Counted from the first letter of the stretch, positions 27,140 through 36,039 are shown. The stretch is 38,742 nucleotides of DNA from an uncultured Eubacteriales bacterium (GCA_949744165.1 CATJWG010000174.1:1-38742); one strand, 5' to 3'. Made by a program: numbers and translations. Notes: generated from the letters alone by a model not told the origin.

Positions 27140-29542
27140 ATGGACACCCTGGAGCGAATAGAGAAGATAAAAAGGCGCGTGATAGTTGACCGCTATCCCA
27201 TCTGCATAGAGAAATTCCGCATTACGCTGGACGTGCGCGAGCACAGCCGCAACGACCATATCATGATTCAGCGCGGCAAAATACTGCGTGCCTGCGCTGA
27301 GCGCATGCCCATAGCCATAGGCGAGGAGGAGCTTATTGTAGGCATTGCATCAAGCAAGCACATGGGGCTTGAGATTGACCCAGACTACGGCATTTGGCCG
27401 CAGAATGAGATAGATTCGCTCAAGGCTGACGGCTATCTCATAGACCCCCAGGACGAGAAGGACCTGCAGGAGCTCAACAAGCGCTATCAGCCCGACACGC
27501 TCATAGGCCGCATGGGAGACGTGCTTTATAACGAGCCGCGCATCATGAACATGCTGCGCGCAGGGCTCATTCTGCCGCCGTGGAAGGATAAGCGCAGCGA
27601 GCGCGGGGTCGGCGGCGGCTACGCGCAGTCCGGTCTCGGCCTTGGCCCGTCGCTGGTGCTGCTGTGTGTGGAGTACGACAAACTAATTAAAAACGGCACA
27701 CGCGAGCTTATCCGTCAGGCAAGAGAGGAGCAGGACAAAATTCGCTTCTCCGACATGGAAGCGCTCGACAAGCACCGATATTACGACGCCGTGGTCATGG
27801 CCTTCGAGGCTATGGAGATTTTGGCCGGACGCTATGCCGCGCTGGCAAGGGACATGGCGAAAAAGGAGACTAATCCTGAGCGCCGGGCCGAGCTCGAGCA
27901 GATTGCCGAGACCTGCGCGAGAGTGCCGATGTATCCGGCGCGCTCCTTCCGTGAGGCGGTGCAGTGCTTCTGGTTCCAGGTTCTGTTCCTCAGCCCGAGC
28001 ACCACGCTGCCCGGTGGGCGCTTTGACCAGTACATGTACCCCTACTACAAGCATGACCTCGACGCGGGTCTCATAACGCGGGAGCAGGCTACGGAGCTGC
28101 TGTGCCTGCTGCGTCTTAAGGACATGGAGCTCAACCGCACCTCCGGCAGCGAGCTGCGCAAGAAAAACTCCGGCATGGCCAAGTGGCACAACTACACCAT
28201 CGGCGGCGTAGACCCAGTCACGGGCGAGGATGCGACCAACGACCTGACCTATATGCTCATTGACTCGGCCATGATAACCAAAACGCCGCACTTTACCCTA
28301 ACGCTGCGCGTACATGAGAAAACGCCTCCGGAGCTGATGGAAAAGTCGCTGGAGTGCGTGCGCCTCGGCCTCGGAATGCCGGCCTTCGTCAGCGACGGAT
28401 CCTACACGGCGACCTTCGCCTCGCGCGGCTGTCCGCTGGAGTTCGCGCGCGACTTCGTCATGACTGGCTGTCTGGACGGCAATCTTCCCGGCAAGTCCCG
28501 CACCGGCCCCGTGCCTATGGTGACCTTCCCGCTCATTTTCGATATCTTCCGCCACGGAGGAATTGACGTTAAAACAGGACTGCGCGTCGGTCCGAACTGC
28601 GGCAGCTTCGCGGACTTCAAAAGCTACGATGAGCTCTTCGCAGCGCTGAGCGAGGAGATAAAGTACATTCTCGGCCTCGTGTGCGAGAAGAACAACGTCG
28701 AGCTGGCCATAACGCAGGAAATACTTTTCGACCCTCTGCGCAGCGCGCTGATGTATCAGGGCATTGAGTCCGGCAAGGACACATGGAAGCGCGTGATGCC
28801 CTTTGAAAACTGCGCGGTGGTCAATCCCATAGGCATGGTAAACCTCGGCGACTCTCTCGCTGCGATAAAGAAGCTGGTGTTTGACGAAAAGAAATACACC
28901 CTTGCCGAGCTTCAGGCAGCCCTGGACGCCGACTGGGCCGGCTATGAGGACATGCAAAGCGACTTCCTTCACGCCCCGAAGTACGGCAACGACATTGACT
29001 ACGTGGACAACATCGTCTCTGAGTGCTACAAGCTGCTCAACGACACGGTGGCTGGACTGCCTAACATTCTCGGACGGCCGACGATTGCCACAGGCATATC
29101 GATAACCTCACACCAGCCCGGCGGCCAGCTCACCGGAGCCACTCCAGACGGCCGAAAGGCCGGCACGATTCTCGCCGACGGCACAACCTCACCCATGCAC
29201 GGTATGGACACCTGCGGTCCGACCTGCGTGTTCAAAAGCGCGATGAAAATTGACCAGGACCCCATGCAGGCCACACTGCTGAACATGAAGTTCCACACCA
29301 CCGCGCTGAAAACAAGCGCCGATCTGGCAAAGTTAGGCGCGATGATAAAGGCATATCTGACCCATGGCGGCAAGCAGGTGCAGTTTAACGTCGTTGACCA
29401 GGAGACGCTCAAAAAAGCGCAGGAGAGACCCGAGCAATACCGAGATCTCGTGGTGCGCGTGGCCGGCTACAGCACCTATTTCGTAACGCTGTCCAAGGCA
29501 ATGCAGGATGAGGTGATAGAACGCACCTCCATGGGCCTGTGA
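27140..29542 (+). CDS. glycyl radical enzyme, PFL2/eliminase-like class, substrate unknown (GRE2, paralogue of GRE1)
   Basis: 800 aa. The glycyl loop is LVVRVAGYSTYF (Gly776) and Cys444 lies in MTGCLDGNLPGKSR. It shares long blocks with GRE1 (PPWKDK, GGRFDQYMYPYYKHD, GLGMPAFVSD, AAIKKLVF, QFNVVD). GGAGG RBS. Confidence 0.9.
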   Translation: MDTLERIEKIKRRVIVDRYPICIEKFRITLDVREHSRNDHIMIQRGKILRACAERMPIAIGEEELIVGIASSKHMGLEIDPDYGIWPQNEIDSLKADGYLIDPQDEKDLQELNKRYQPDTLIGRMGDVLYNEPRIMNMLRAGLILPPWKDKRSERGVGGGYAQSGLGLGPSLVLLCVEYDKLIKNGTRELIRQAREEQDKIRFSDMEALDKHRYYDAVVMAFEAMEILAGRYAALARDMAKKETNPERRAELEQIAETCARVPMYPARSFREAVQCFWFQVLFLSPSTTLPGGRFDQYMYPYYKHDLDAGLITREQATELLCLLRLKDMELNRTSGSELRKKNSGMAKWHNYTIGGVDPVTGEDATNDLTYMLIDSAMITKTPHFTLTLRVHEKTPPELMEKSLECVRLGLGMPAFVSDGSYTATFASRGCPLEFARDFVMTGCLDGNLPGKSRTGPVPMVTFPLIFDIFRHGGIDVKTGLRVGPNCGSFADFKSYDELFAALSEEIKYILGLVCEKNNVELAITQEILFDPLRSALMYQGIESGKDTWKRVMPFENCAVVNPIGMVNLGDSLAAIKKLVFDEKKYTLAELQAALDADWAGYEDMQSDFLHAPKYGNDIDYVDNIVSECYKLLNDTVAGLPNILGRPTIATGISITSHQPGGQLTGATPDGRKAGTILADGTTSPMHGMDTCGPTCVFKSAMKIDQDPMQATLLNMKFHTTALKTSADLAKLGAMIKAYLTHGGKQVQFNVVDQETLKKAQERPEQYRDLVVRVAGYSTYFVTLSKAMQDEVIERTSMGL

Positions 29543-29573
29543 GCACACGTCCACAGCAAGGGAGACCGATGAA

Positions 29574-30512
29574 ATGACTGAAAACTACATGGAAGTAACC
29601 GCTCCGATATTCAACATCCAGAGCTATTCCATACATGACGGACCGGGCATAAGGGTGACGGTGTTTATCAAGGGCTGTCCACTGCGCTGCCTGTGGTGCG
29701 CCAATCCCGAGTCAAATCTGGCACGTCCTCAGCTCATGACATATATCGCCAAATGCACCGGCTGCGGCCGCTGCCTTGGCTCCTGTCCTGAGAAAGCCAT
29801 CTCCATAGGTTCAAAAGACGGGAAGGTGGCCGCGCTGACCGACCGAACGCTGTGTACAGAGTGCGGAGCGTGTATCTCCTCCTGTCCTCAGGAGGCGCGC
29901 GAGCTGGCCGGCAAGGAAATGACGGTACGGCAGGTGCTGGAAAAGGTGGAACGCGACAGGCTGTTCATCGAGACGAGCGGCGGCGGAATGACGCTCTCGG
30001 GAGGAGAGTGCCTCATGCATCCGGAATTTTCCGAGGCGATGCTGCACGCCGCGCACGAGGCGGGCTTCCACACAGCCGTGGAGTCCTGCTCCTTCGCCCC
30101 CAACGATGTTGTCGAGCGCGTGTTCTCCCTGGCTGACCTGTGTCTGCTGGACATAAAGCACATGGATTCCATAACGCACAAAAAGCTCACGGGCGTGCCC
30201 AACGAGCTGATACTCGACAATATCCGCTATACCTATCACATTCTGAAAAAACAGGTGATAGTACGCGTCCCGACCATCCCCGGCTATAACGACTCTGAGG
30301 CCAACATCACCGCCACGGCCCGCTTTGTGGCGCAGAAGTTGGGAAACGACGTGCCTGTACACCTGCTGCCCTACCACCGTTTGGGAGAATCGAAGAACGA
30401 GAGCCTTGGCAAGGATATGGACCTGTCGATAGAGGTCCCCTCCGACGAGCACATGCAGTGGCTGCTGGAAATTGTCAAAAATTTTGGGCTGGACGGACAA
30501 ATCGGCGGATAA
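29574..30512 (+). CDS. glycyl radical enzyme activating enzyme (radical SAM)
   Basis: The radical-SAM motif is CPLRCLWCANPE (CxxxCxxC). Two ferredoxin-like clusters (CTGCGRCLGSCP, CTECGACISSCP) and GGMTLSGGE are present. At 312 aa it is typical of PFL2-class activases. Confidence 0.9.
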   Translation: MTENYMEVTAPIFNIQSYSIHDGPGIRVTVFIKGCPLRCLWCANPESNLARPQLMTYIAKCTGCGRCLGSCPEKAISIGSKDGKVAALTDRTLCTECGACISSCPQEARELAGKEMTVRQVLEKVERDRLFIETSGGGMTLSGGECLMHPEFSEAMLHAAHEAGFHTAVESCSFAPNDVVERVFSLADLCLLDIKHMDSITHKKLTGVPNELILDNIRYTYHILKKQVIVRVPTIPGYNDSEANITATARFVAQKLGNDVPVHLLPYHRLGESKNESLGKDMDLSIEVPSDEHMQWLLEIVKNFGLDGQIGG

Positions 30513-30516
30513 TTAC

Positions 30517-30549
30517 AAAAAAACGGAAGCTGCAAGGCTTCCGTTTTTT
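30517..30549 (+). terminator. intrinsic terminator after the activase gene
   Basis: AAAAAAACGGAAGC, loop TGCAAG, GCTTCCGTTTTTT. The GC core is 8 bp, extended by A/T pairs, with a 6-T tract. Confidence 0.7.
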
Positions 30550-30598
30550 GTTCGAATCTGTTATCATAGAAGTCGTTAAAGAATACGAGGGAACGAAT

Positions 30599-31996
30599 AT
30601 GAATAAAAAAACACTTATAACGGATTTTACCTCGGGCTGTGTGCCGAAGCAGCTCGGTATTTTCATGCTGCCGTTTATGGCCTCAAACGCCATGCAGGTG
30701 CTCTACTCGCTGGTGGACATGATTATCGTCGGACGCTTTGTGGGAAAAAGCGGCCTGTCCGCCGTGTCACAGGGCAGTATGCTTATGATATTCGTCACAT
30801 GCATCTGCATGGGCTTTTCCACGGGCGGGCAGATTATAATCTCGCAGTTCATAGGCGCGGGCCGGCAAAAGGAGCTCGGCAAAATAATCGGCACGATGTT
30901 CACGAGCATGATAATTCTCAGCCTTGCTCTGACGGCTCTGGTCCTTGTACTAAGAAATTTCGCTCTGGACCTTATCAGCATACCTGATGAGGCGCGGGAC
31001 ATGGCAATGGATTACATTGTGATATGCGGCGCAGGCACCATCTTCACCGGCGGCTACAACCTCATATCCTCGATTCTGCGCGGTATGGGAGACTCTCGAC
31101 ATCCCTTCATCTTCATCACTATCGCTTCGGCTGTGAACCTGATTTTGGATTTGCTGTTTACGGGCTTTCTGGGATTTGGCGTCGCTGGAGCTGCGACGGC
31201 CACGATTTTAGGACAGGCGGTGTCGGTGGTCGTATCGCTGCGCCTGCTCTACCGTCGCAGGGCGGAGTTTTACTTTGACTTTATGCCAAAAAGCTTCCGG
31301 CCGGACGCACCTCTGTTCGTGGAGATTTTCCGCATGGGCGTGCCGCTGGCGCTCCAGGCTTGCGCTATAAGCATCTCAATGATGTTTGTAAACCGCTTTA
31401 TAAACACCCTTGGTGTCACTCCCTCGGCTACCTTCGGCACTGGAATGAAGCTTGACGACATCTCAAACAAGCTCACTCAGGGTGTACAGTACGCCGCCGC
31501 GCCGATGATTGGCCAGAACATCGCCGCAAAAAAGCACGGACGGGTCAAGTCCGTGTTCGGCTGGAGCCTTGTCCTGTCCAGCGTTGTGTCGGCCTGCTTT
31601 GTGCTCTGCTATGTGCTCATTGGCAGGGAGATGTTCTCGCTTTTCATCAGCGACGCGGATGTGCTCGACCTGTCGCACGTGTTCATAAGCGCAATACTGT
31701 GGACCTTCCCCGGTATGGTGCTTATGCGCTCAACACACGCGCTTCTCCAGGGAACGGGGCGCACGACAATAATCATGGCGCTGGCCTTTGCCGACGCAGG
31801 GTTGAGGCTGGTACTCAGCTACCTGTTCGGCATAAGCTGCGGCATGGGTTTTTACGGTTTTGTGCTCGGCTTCGGTCTCGCTCCCTACGGCGTGGCCCTG
31901 CCGGGGCTGATATATTTCTTCATGGGCCGCTGGAAAACAGCAAGGCTGTCCTCGGACAGTGATTTTGAAATGACTCAGGAGGCGGAAAATGGATAG
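30599..31996 (+). CDS. MATE-family efflux transporter
   Basis: About 465 aa with 12 TM-type hydrophobic segments. N-terminal MATE signatures are present (PFMASNAMQVLYSLVDMIIVGRFVG..LSAVS). ATG 30599 is chosen; the track's 30458 start overlaps the activase gene and its terminator. Confidence 0.85.
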   Translation: MNKKTLITDFTSGCVPKQLGIFMLPFMASNAMQVLYSLVDMIIVGRFVGKSGLSAVSQGSMLMIFVTCICMGFSTGGQIIISQFIGAGRQKELGKIIGTMFTSMIILSLALTALVLVLRNFALDLISIPDEARDMAMDYIVICGAGTIFTGGYNLISSILRGMGDSRHPFIFITIASAVNLILDLLFTGFLGFGVAGAATATILGQAVSVVVSLRLLYRRRAEFYFDFMPKSFRPDAPLFVEIFRMGVPLALQACAISISMMFVNRFINTLGVTPSATFGTGMKLDDISNKLTQGVQYAAAPMIGQNIAAKKHGRVKSVFGWSLVLSSVVSACFVLCYVLIGREMFSLFISDADVLDLSHVFISAILWTFPGMVLMRSTHALLQGTGRTTIIMALAFADAGLRLVLSYLFGISCGMGFYGFVLGFGLAPYGVALPGLIYFFMGRWKTARLSSDSDFEMTQEAENG

Positions 31997-32615
31997 GAAA
32001 AAGCTTATAGGAGAAATCGTGGACCTTGAATGGGATATGTTCCAGCGGGTACACAACAACGGAGGCCGCGCCTCCTGTCAGAACGACAGCGAGACCTTCT
32101 ACGGAATGCGCTGCGGCCAGTTTCTGGCCTGGGAGACGCCGGTGCTGGAAAGCTACGCGCGGGACCTGAAATCAGCTCAGGGGTCCGGACGCAACCTGCT
32201 CGCAGAAAAATACCTGCGCATGATGGAGAGCACCTTCCCTCAGGAGTACGAGCTTCAAAAGGACCGTCTGCCGGAGGTGAGCGAGCGCGCCGCGCGGCTG
32301 GCGGAGGAAATTTGCATTGAGATGATTGTTCAGACGGCGGCTGTGCGCGATAGCTTTCCGCTTGTCGGCGGGGCTGGCCGTCCGCTTTACAGCAGCGAGG
32401 ACCGTCCCGGCGATACCTCAGTTGAGACCTATCAGCGCGGCGAGTTGCTTACCTACTCGGAAACGACGCTTGAGCTGCTGCACGCCCAGGTCTTTGAGAT
32501 GAAGGCGCGCGGAGAGAGCCTTGCCGCGGCTGAGCTGGAAAACTCGGTGTGCCATTACGGATACGAAAGCATACAACAGGCGGAGGACTGTCTCCGCTCC
32601 AGACAGGGAGGTTAA
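31989..32615 (+). CDS. conserved hypothetical protein, DUF4125-like (assignment from memory)
   Basis: 208-aa soluble protein. The block WDMFQRVHNNGGRASCQND..TF..MR resembles what I recall of DUF4125. The start overlaps the MATE stop by 8 nt. Coding is likely; the family name is unverified. Confidence 0.55.
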   Translation: MDRKKLIGEIVDLEWDMFQRVHNNGGRASCQNDSETFYGMRCGQFLAWETPVLESYARDLKSAQGSGRNLLAEKYLRMMESTFPQEYELQKDRLPEVSERAARLAEEICIEMIVQTAAVRDSFPLVGGAGRPLYSSEDRPGDTSVETYQRGELLTYSETTLELLHAQVFEMKARGESLAAAELENSVCHYGYESIQQAEDCLRSRQGG

Positions 32616-32618
32616 AAA

Positions 32619-33308
32619 ATGACAGCACAGGAAATTTTGGAAAAATATGACACGCTGGCAAAAAGCGCGGGAGACGGGGAGGCCGAGCATTTTCTCGCAG
32701 AACAGTGCACCGGCTACGACGAGGCCGCGCCGGAGGATTTGACGGGGCGCGCCGCGCTGTACAACGAGCTCGGCGGCTTTTACTGCGCCGCAGGCAGCTA
32801 CGAAAAGAGCGAGACGTCCTTTAACAAGGCGAAGGAACTGCTTGACGGCAGCGCGGAGCTTCGCTGCAGCGACAGCCGCGCCGCCGTCCTGGAAAACCTC
32901 GGCAGCCTTTACAGGCTTACCGGACAGTACGACAGGGCGCTTGAACAGTTTAACGCTGTTAAGGAGATATACGACGAGGTGGAGGTGCCGCACGAGCTCT
33001 ACGCGGCCTGTATCAGCAACATCGGCCAGGTATATCTTGACGCCGGTCAGGCTGAGGAGGCTGAGGAGTTTTTCAGGGGAGCACTGGCCATAGCTCAGAC
33101 AGAGCCAGCGGATGAGCTGATGATGGGCACAAGTCTGGGCGGCATGGCCTCAGCCCGGCTGCTGCGCGGGGATGCCGCGGGCGCGGCGGAGCTTCTGCGC
33201 CGTGCGGGAGCACATTTCAACGTGCTGGGAGGTCAATATACCGAGGCGGGAGAGTATTTCATAACAACGGCAGACGAGCTTGAGGGCATAGGCAATGAAG
33301 GCGCTTGA
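32619..33308 (+). CDS. tetratricopeptide repeat protein
   Basis: 229 aa. It has repeated TPR-like helices (LYNELGGFYCAAGSYEKSETSFNKAKEL; LENLGSLYRLTGQYDRALEQFNAVKEIY; ISNIGQVYLDAGQAEEAEEFFRGALAI). The GGGAGG RBS lies inside the upstream gene's end. Confidence 0.65.
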   Translation: MTAQEILEKYDTLAKSAGDGEAEHFLAEQCTGYDEAAPEDLTGRAALYNELGGFYCAAGSYEKSETSFNKAKELLDGSAELRCSDSRAAVLENLGSLYRLTGQYDRALEQFNAVKEIYDEVEVPHELYAACISNIGQVYLDAGQAEEAEEFFRGALAIAQTEPADELMMGTSLGGMASARLLRGDAAGAAELLRRAGAHFNVLGGQYTEAGEYFITTADELEGIGNEGA

Positions 33309-34215
33309 ACTCAGCCGGAGATACTATTTTGACTGCTGCGAGCCGGTTTTGCGCAAGGAAGTGCCCGAGCTTCTGCCGCGCCTTGCCGCAGGGCTTGTGG
33401 GCGAGGGCTCGGAATGCTTCGGCTGGGACGACGAGCTCTCGCGTGACCACGACTGGGGACTGCGTGTGTGCCTGTTTTTCCCTGACGCACAGCTCCGCGA
33501 GCACGGAACTGCCCTGCTCGCGGCGATAGATAAGTTTCCACGCGAATACGAGGGCTTTCACCTCTGTCCGCCGGTACAGGGCCTCAAGCGCGGTGGGCTG
33601 TATGGCGTTGGCGAATTTTACGCACAGACCATAGGCCGTCCCTGCGCTCCCGAGACGGCGCGCCAGTGGCTGTCCGTGCCCGAGGTCAGCCTTGCCGCGG
33701 CGGTAAACGGCGAGGTTTTTGCCGACCCCTTGGGTGAGTTTTCCGCTGTGCGTAAAAAGCTGCTGGCAGGCTATCCGCGGGACGCGCGGCTGCGCATGCT
33801 GGCCCTTCACGCCGCCCTGGCGGGGCAAACGGGGCAGTACAACATGCTTCGCGCGAGCCGCCACGGAGAGGCTCTGGCCTCCAAGGCCGCAAAATTCAAA
33901 TTCATTGAGCACGCCGCGGCTATATTTTTCCTGCTGCGCGGGCGCTACCGACCCTTTTACAAGTGGCTCTACCGCGCCCTGCGCGAGCTGCCGGGCGGCG
34001 GGAGTATGCACTCGCTCTTGTTGGAGCTGGCTCAATCGGACGATATTCGGCGCGAGTGTTCCCTGACCGAGAGCGTGAGTGCCGCGCTCATCGCCGAGCT
34101 GCGCGACGGTGGCCTGAGCGACAGCGGCAGCGATTTTCTCATGGACCACGTACCTGAGCTTTTAGGACGCATTGAGGATACAGAGCTGAAAGGCGAGCCG
34201 CTTTCCCTGCTGTGA
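33295..34215 (+). CDS. nucleotidyltransferase-fold-like protein, DUF4037-like (assignment from memory)
   Basis: 306 aa. The N-terminal GEGSECFGWDDELSRDHDWG fits the pol-beta NTase pattern G-S-x11-D-x-D. The start overlaps the TPR gene stop by 14 nt. Confidence 0.55.
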   Translation: MKALELSRRYYFDCCEPVLRKEVPELLPRLAAGLVGEGSECFGWDDELSRDHDWGLRVCLFFPDAQLREHGTALLAAIDKFPREYEGFHLCPPVQGLKRGGLYGVGEFYAQTIGRPCAPETARQWLSVPEVSLAAAVNGEVFADPLGEFSAVRKKLLAGYPRDARLRMLALHAALAGQTGQYNMLRASRHGEALASKAAKFKFIEHAAAIFFLLRGRYRPFYKWLYRALRELPGGGSMHSLLLELAQSDDIRRECSLTESVSAALIAELRDGGLSDSGSDFLMDHVPELLGRIEDTELKGEPLSLL

Positions 34216-34226
34216 GAGGTGGGACG

Positions 34227-34925
34227 TTGAACAGGATTTTACTTGTTGAGGACGACGCCGCGCTCGGCCGCGGCGTCTCGCTGGCATTGCAGGACGCGCA
34301 GACCGCGCTCACTCATTGCCGCACACTTTCTCAGGCGCGGCAAACGCTCGAGCGGGAGAGCTTTGACCTGCTCATATTGGACATAAACCTGCCCGACGGC
34401 AGCGGCACGGAGCTTTTACGCGAGTTCAGGCTTAAAAGCTCCGTGCCGGTAATACTGCTCACAGCCAACGACCTGGAAACGGACATCGTCTACGGCCTTG
34501 AGTCCGGCGCGGACGACTATATCACCAAGCCATTTTCTCTCGCTGTTCTGCGCTCACGTGTGAAGGTTCAGCTCCGGCGCGAGCGCGCGTCTCACTCGCC
34601 CGCCGTGGAGCAGGACGGATTTTATTTCGACTTCGACAGCATGGATTTCCGTAAAAATGGGCAAAGCGTGGAGCTGAGCAAGACAGAGCAGAAGCTCCTG
34701 CGCGTGCTGGTGTCCAGCCGCGGTGTGACGCTCTCGCGCGCTGAGCTTGTTGACCGCGTGTGGACCGACGGAGCGCAGTACGTGGATGAAAACGCGCTGT
34801 CGGTGACGGTCAAACGCCTGCGCGGTAAGCTCGAGGACGAGCCCGGCGCGCCGAAATATCTCAAAACGGTGTACGGCATCGGCTATGTCTGGTGCGCGCC
34901 GGAGCGTGGCGGTGAGGGGCTATGA
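34227..34925 (+). CDS. OmpR/PhoB-family response regulator
   Basis: Receiver domain blocks (ILLVEDD, LLILDINLPDGSG, PVILLTA, GADDYITKPF) plus a winged-helix domain (LSKTEQKLLRVL, VKRLRGKL, TVYGIGY) are present. TTG 34227 has GAGGTGG upstream. The track's GTG at 34212 is 5 codons longer. Confidence 0.9.
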   Translation: MNRILLVEDDAALGRGVSLALQDAQTALTHCRTLSQARQTLERESFDLLILDINLPDGSGTELLREFRLKSSVPVILLTANDLETDIVYGLESGADDYITKPFSLAVLRSRVKVQLRRERASHSPAVEQDGFYFDFDSMDFRKNGQSVELSKTEQKLLRVLVSSRGVTLSRAELVDRVWTDGAQYVDENALSVTVKRLRGKLEDEPGAPKYLKTVYGIGYVWCAPERGGEGL

Positions 34926-35815
34926 CGATTTATGTGTGTCTGGCCGCTGCTTTAGCTGCCGCCGTGGTGATAATTTACGACCGACTCCAGACCGCGCGCA
35001 CCATGGACCGGTTTGAGCAAATGCTCGACGAGGCCGCGAGCGGACGGTTTGAGGTCTTGCGCTACAACGAAAGCCGCATGTCCAGCATAGAGAGCCGCAT
35101 GGCGGATTATCTCGCAGCCGCGGCGCTCTCCGCACAGGAGCTTCAGGCCGAGCGCGACAAAATAAAAACGCTCATCTCCGACATCGCCCACCAGACACGC
35201 ACGCCCATAGCCAATGTGCTGCTCTATACCCAGCTTCTGCTTGAGCAGGAGCTGGACACTGACAGCCGCGAGTGCGCCGCCGCTCTGAGCGATCAGGCGG
35301 AAAGGCTCAAAAGCCTTATTGACACACTCATAAAAACCTCCCGCCTTGAAAGCGGAACGCTGGACCTGCACCCTCGGCAAGGTGAGCTTGCGCCATTGCT
35401 GACCTCCGCCGCGGCACAGTTCACACACGCTGCAGCGGAAAAGGGGTTGTCGCTGACCGTGCTCCCCTGCGGCGATACGGCGGTTTTTGACCTGAAGTGG
35501 ACGCGCGAGGCGCTGTGCAATCTGCTGGACAACGCAGTGAAGTACACCCCCTCAGGCGGGAAAATTACGCTGTCGGTACAGCCCTACGAGCTCTTCTGCC
35601 GCGTTGACGTATGCGACACCGGCCCCGGCATCCCCGAACAGGAGCGTCCGAGGATTTTCCAGCGCTTTTATCGCGCGGAAAACACCTGGGAGAGCGAGGG
35701 CGTCGGTGTTGGGTTGTATCTGACGCGCCAGATTATGGAGTGTCAGGGCGGATTTGTGAAGGTTTACTCCAACGTAGGCCAGGGCAGTATGTTTTCGCTT
35801 TTCTTACCTAAATAG
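34922..35815 (+). CDS. sensor histidine kinase with one TM helix and no extracytoplasmic domain
   Basis: The H-box is ISDIAHQTRTPIAN, the N-box is NLLDNAVKYTP, and the G-boxes are DTGPGIP and GVGVGLYL. Only one N-terminal hydrophobic helix precedes the coiled linker. There is a 4-nt overlap with the RR gene. Confidence 0.9.
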   Translation: MTIYVCLAAALAAAVVIIYDRLQTARTMDRFEQMLDEAASGRFEVLRYNESRMSSIESRMADYLAAAALSAQELQAERDKIKTLISDIAHQTRTPIANVLLYTQLLLEQELDTDSRECAAALSDQAERLKSLIDTLIKTSRLESGTLDLHPRQGELAPLLTSAAAQFTHAAAEKGLSLTVLPCGDTAVFDLKWTREALCNLLDNAVKYTPSGGKITLSVQPYELFCRVDVCDTGPGIPEQERPRIFQRFYRAENTWESEGVGVGLYLTRQIMECQGGFVKVYSNVGQGSMFSLFLPK

Positions 35816-35838
35816 AGGACCCGTTGGGTCCTCTATTT
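35811..35838 (+). terminator. perfect 12-bp hairpin overlapping the kinase stop codon
   Basis: AATAGAGGACCC (35811-35822), loop GTT, GGGTCCTCTATT (35826-35837). The T-tract is short. Confidence 0.55.
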
Positions 35839-36000
35839 AGTCAGAAGGACTCGCTCCGTTCTGCGCCTCAGCTCCCGCTCTCCGGTCGGGAGCTTCGACG
35901 CTCACTCCGCACAGAGAGTTTTTTGTCAGGCGCATATTCTGACAAAAAACGATTGAATTTTATTTCGCCGCTCCGGCGGCGAGACTCTACGAGATCTTTT
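35839..36000 (-). repeat. modular intergenic hairpin repeat (copy E, inverted relative to copy C)
   Basis: Its reverse complement aligns module by module with 17497-17668 and with parts of 6672-6937. Internal stems are GCTCCCG/CGGGAGC and TTTTGTCAG/CTGACAAAA. Confidence 0.65.
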
Positions 36001-36039
36001 AAATTGAAATCTTGCAAAACTGTTAGATTTGAGAAAGAA

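Noticed and set aside
27683-28972. 202-aa and 224-aa minus-strand ORFs
   Set aside because: They are antisense shadows within GRE2, whose own frame carries unambiguous family motifs.
29811-30500. 229-aa minus-strand ORF
   Set aside because: It is antisense to the radical-SAM activase gene and has no motifs.
33259-34149. 296-aa minus-strand ORF
   Set aside because: It is antisense to the DUF4037-like gene. The plus-strand gene fits the tightly coupled operon structure and has the NTase-like motif, whereas the minus-strand translation is Ala/Arg/Gln-rich filler.
19847-34215. Considered whether the GRE/TTT/MATE region is a recently acquired genomic island
   Set aside because: No integrase, transposase, tRNA or flanking direct repeats were seen. 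By eye, codon and GC character resembles the housekeeping part. The region is accessory in function, but there is no sequence evidence of mobility.
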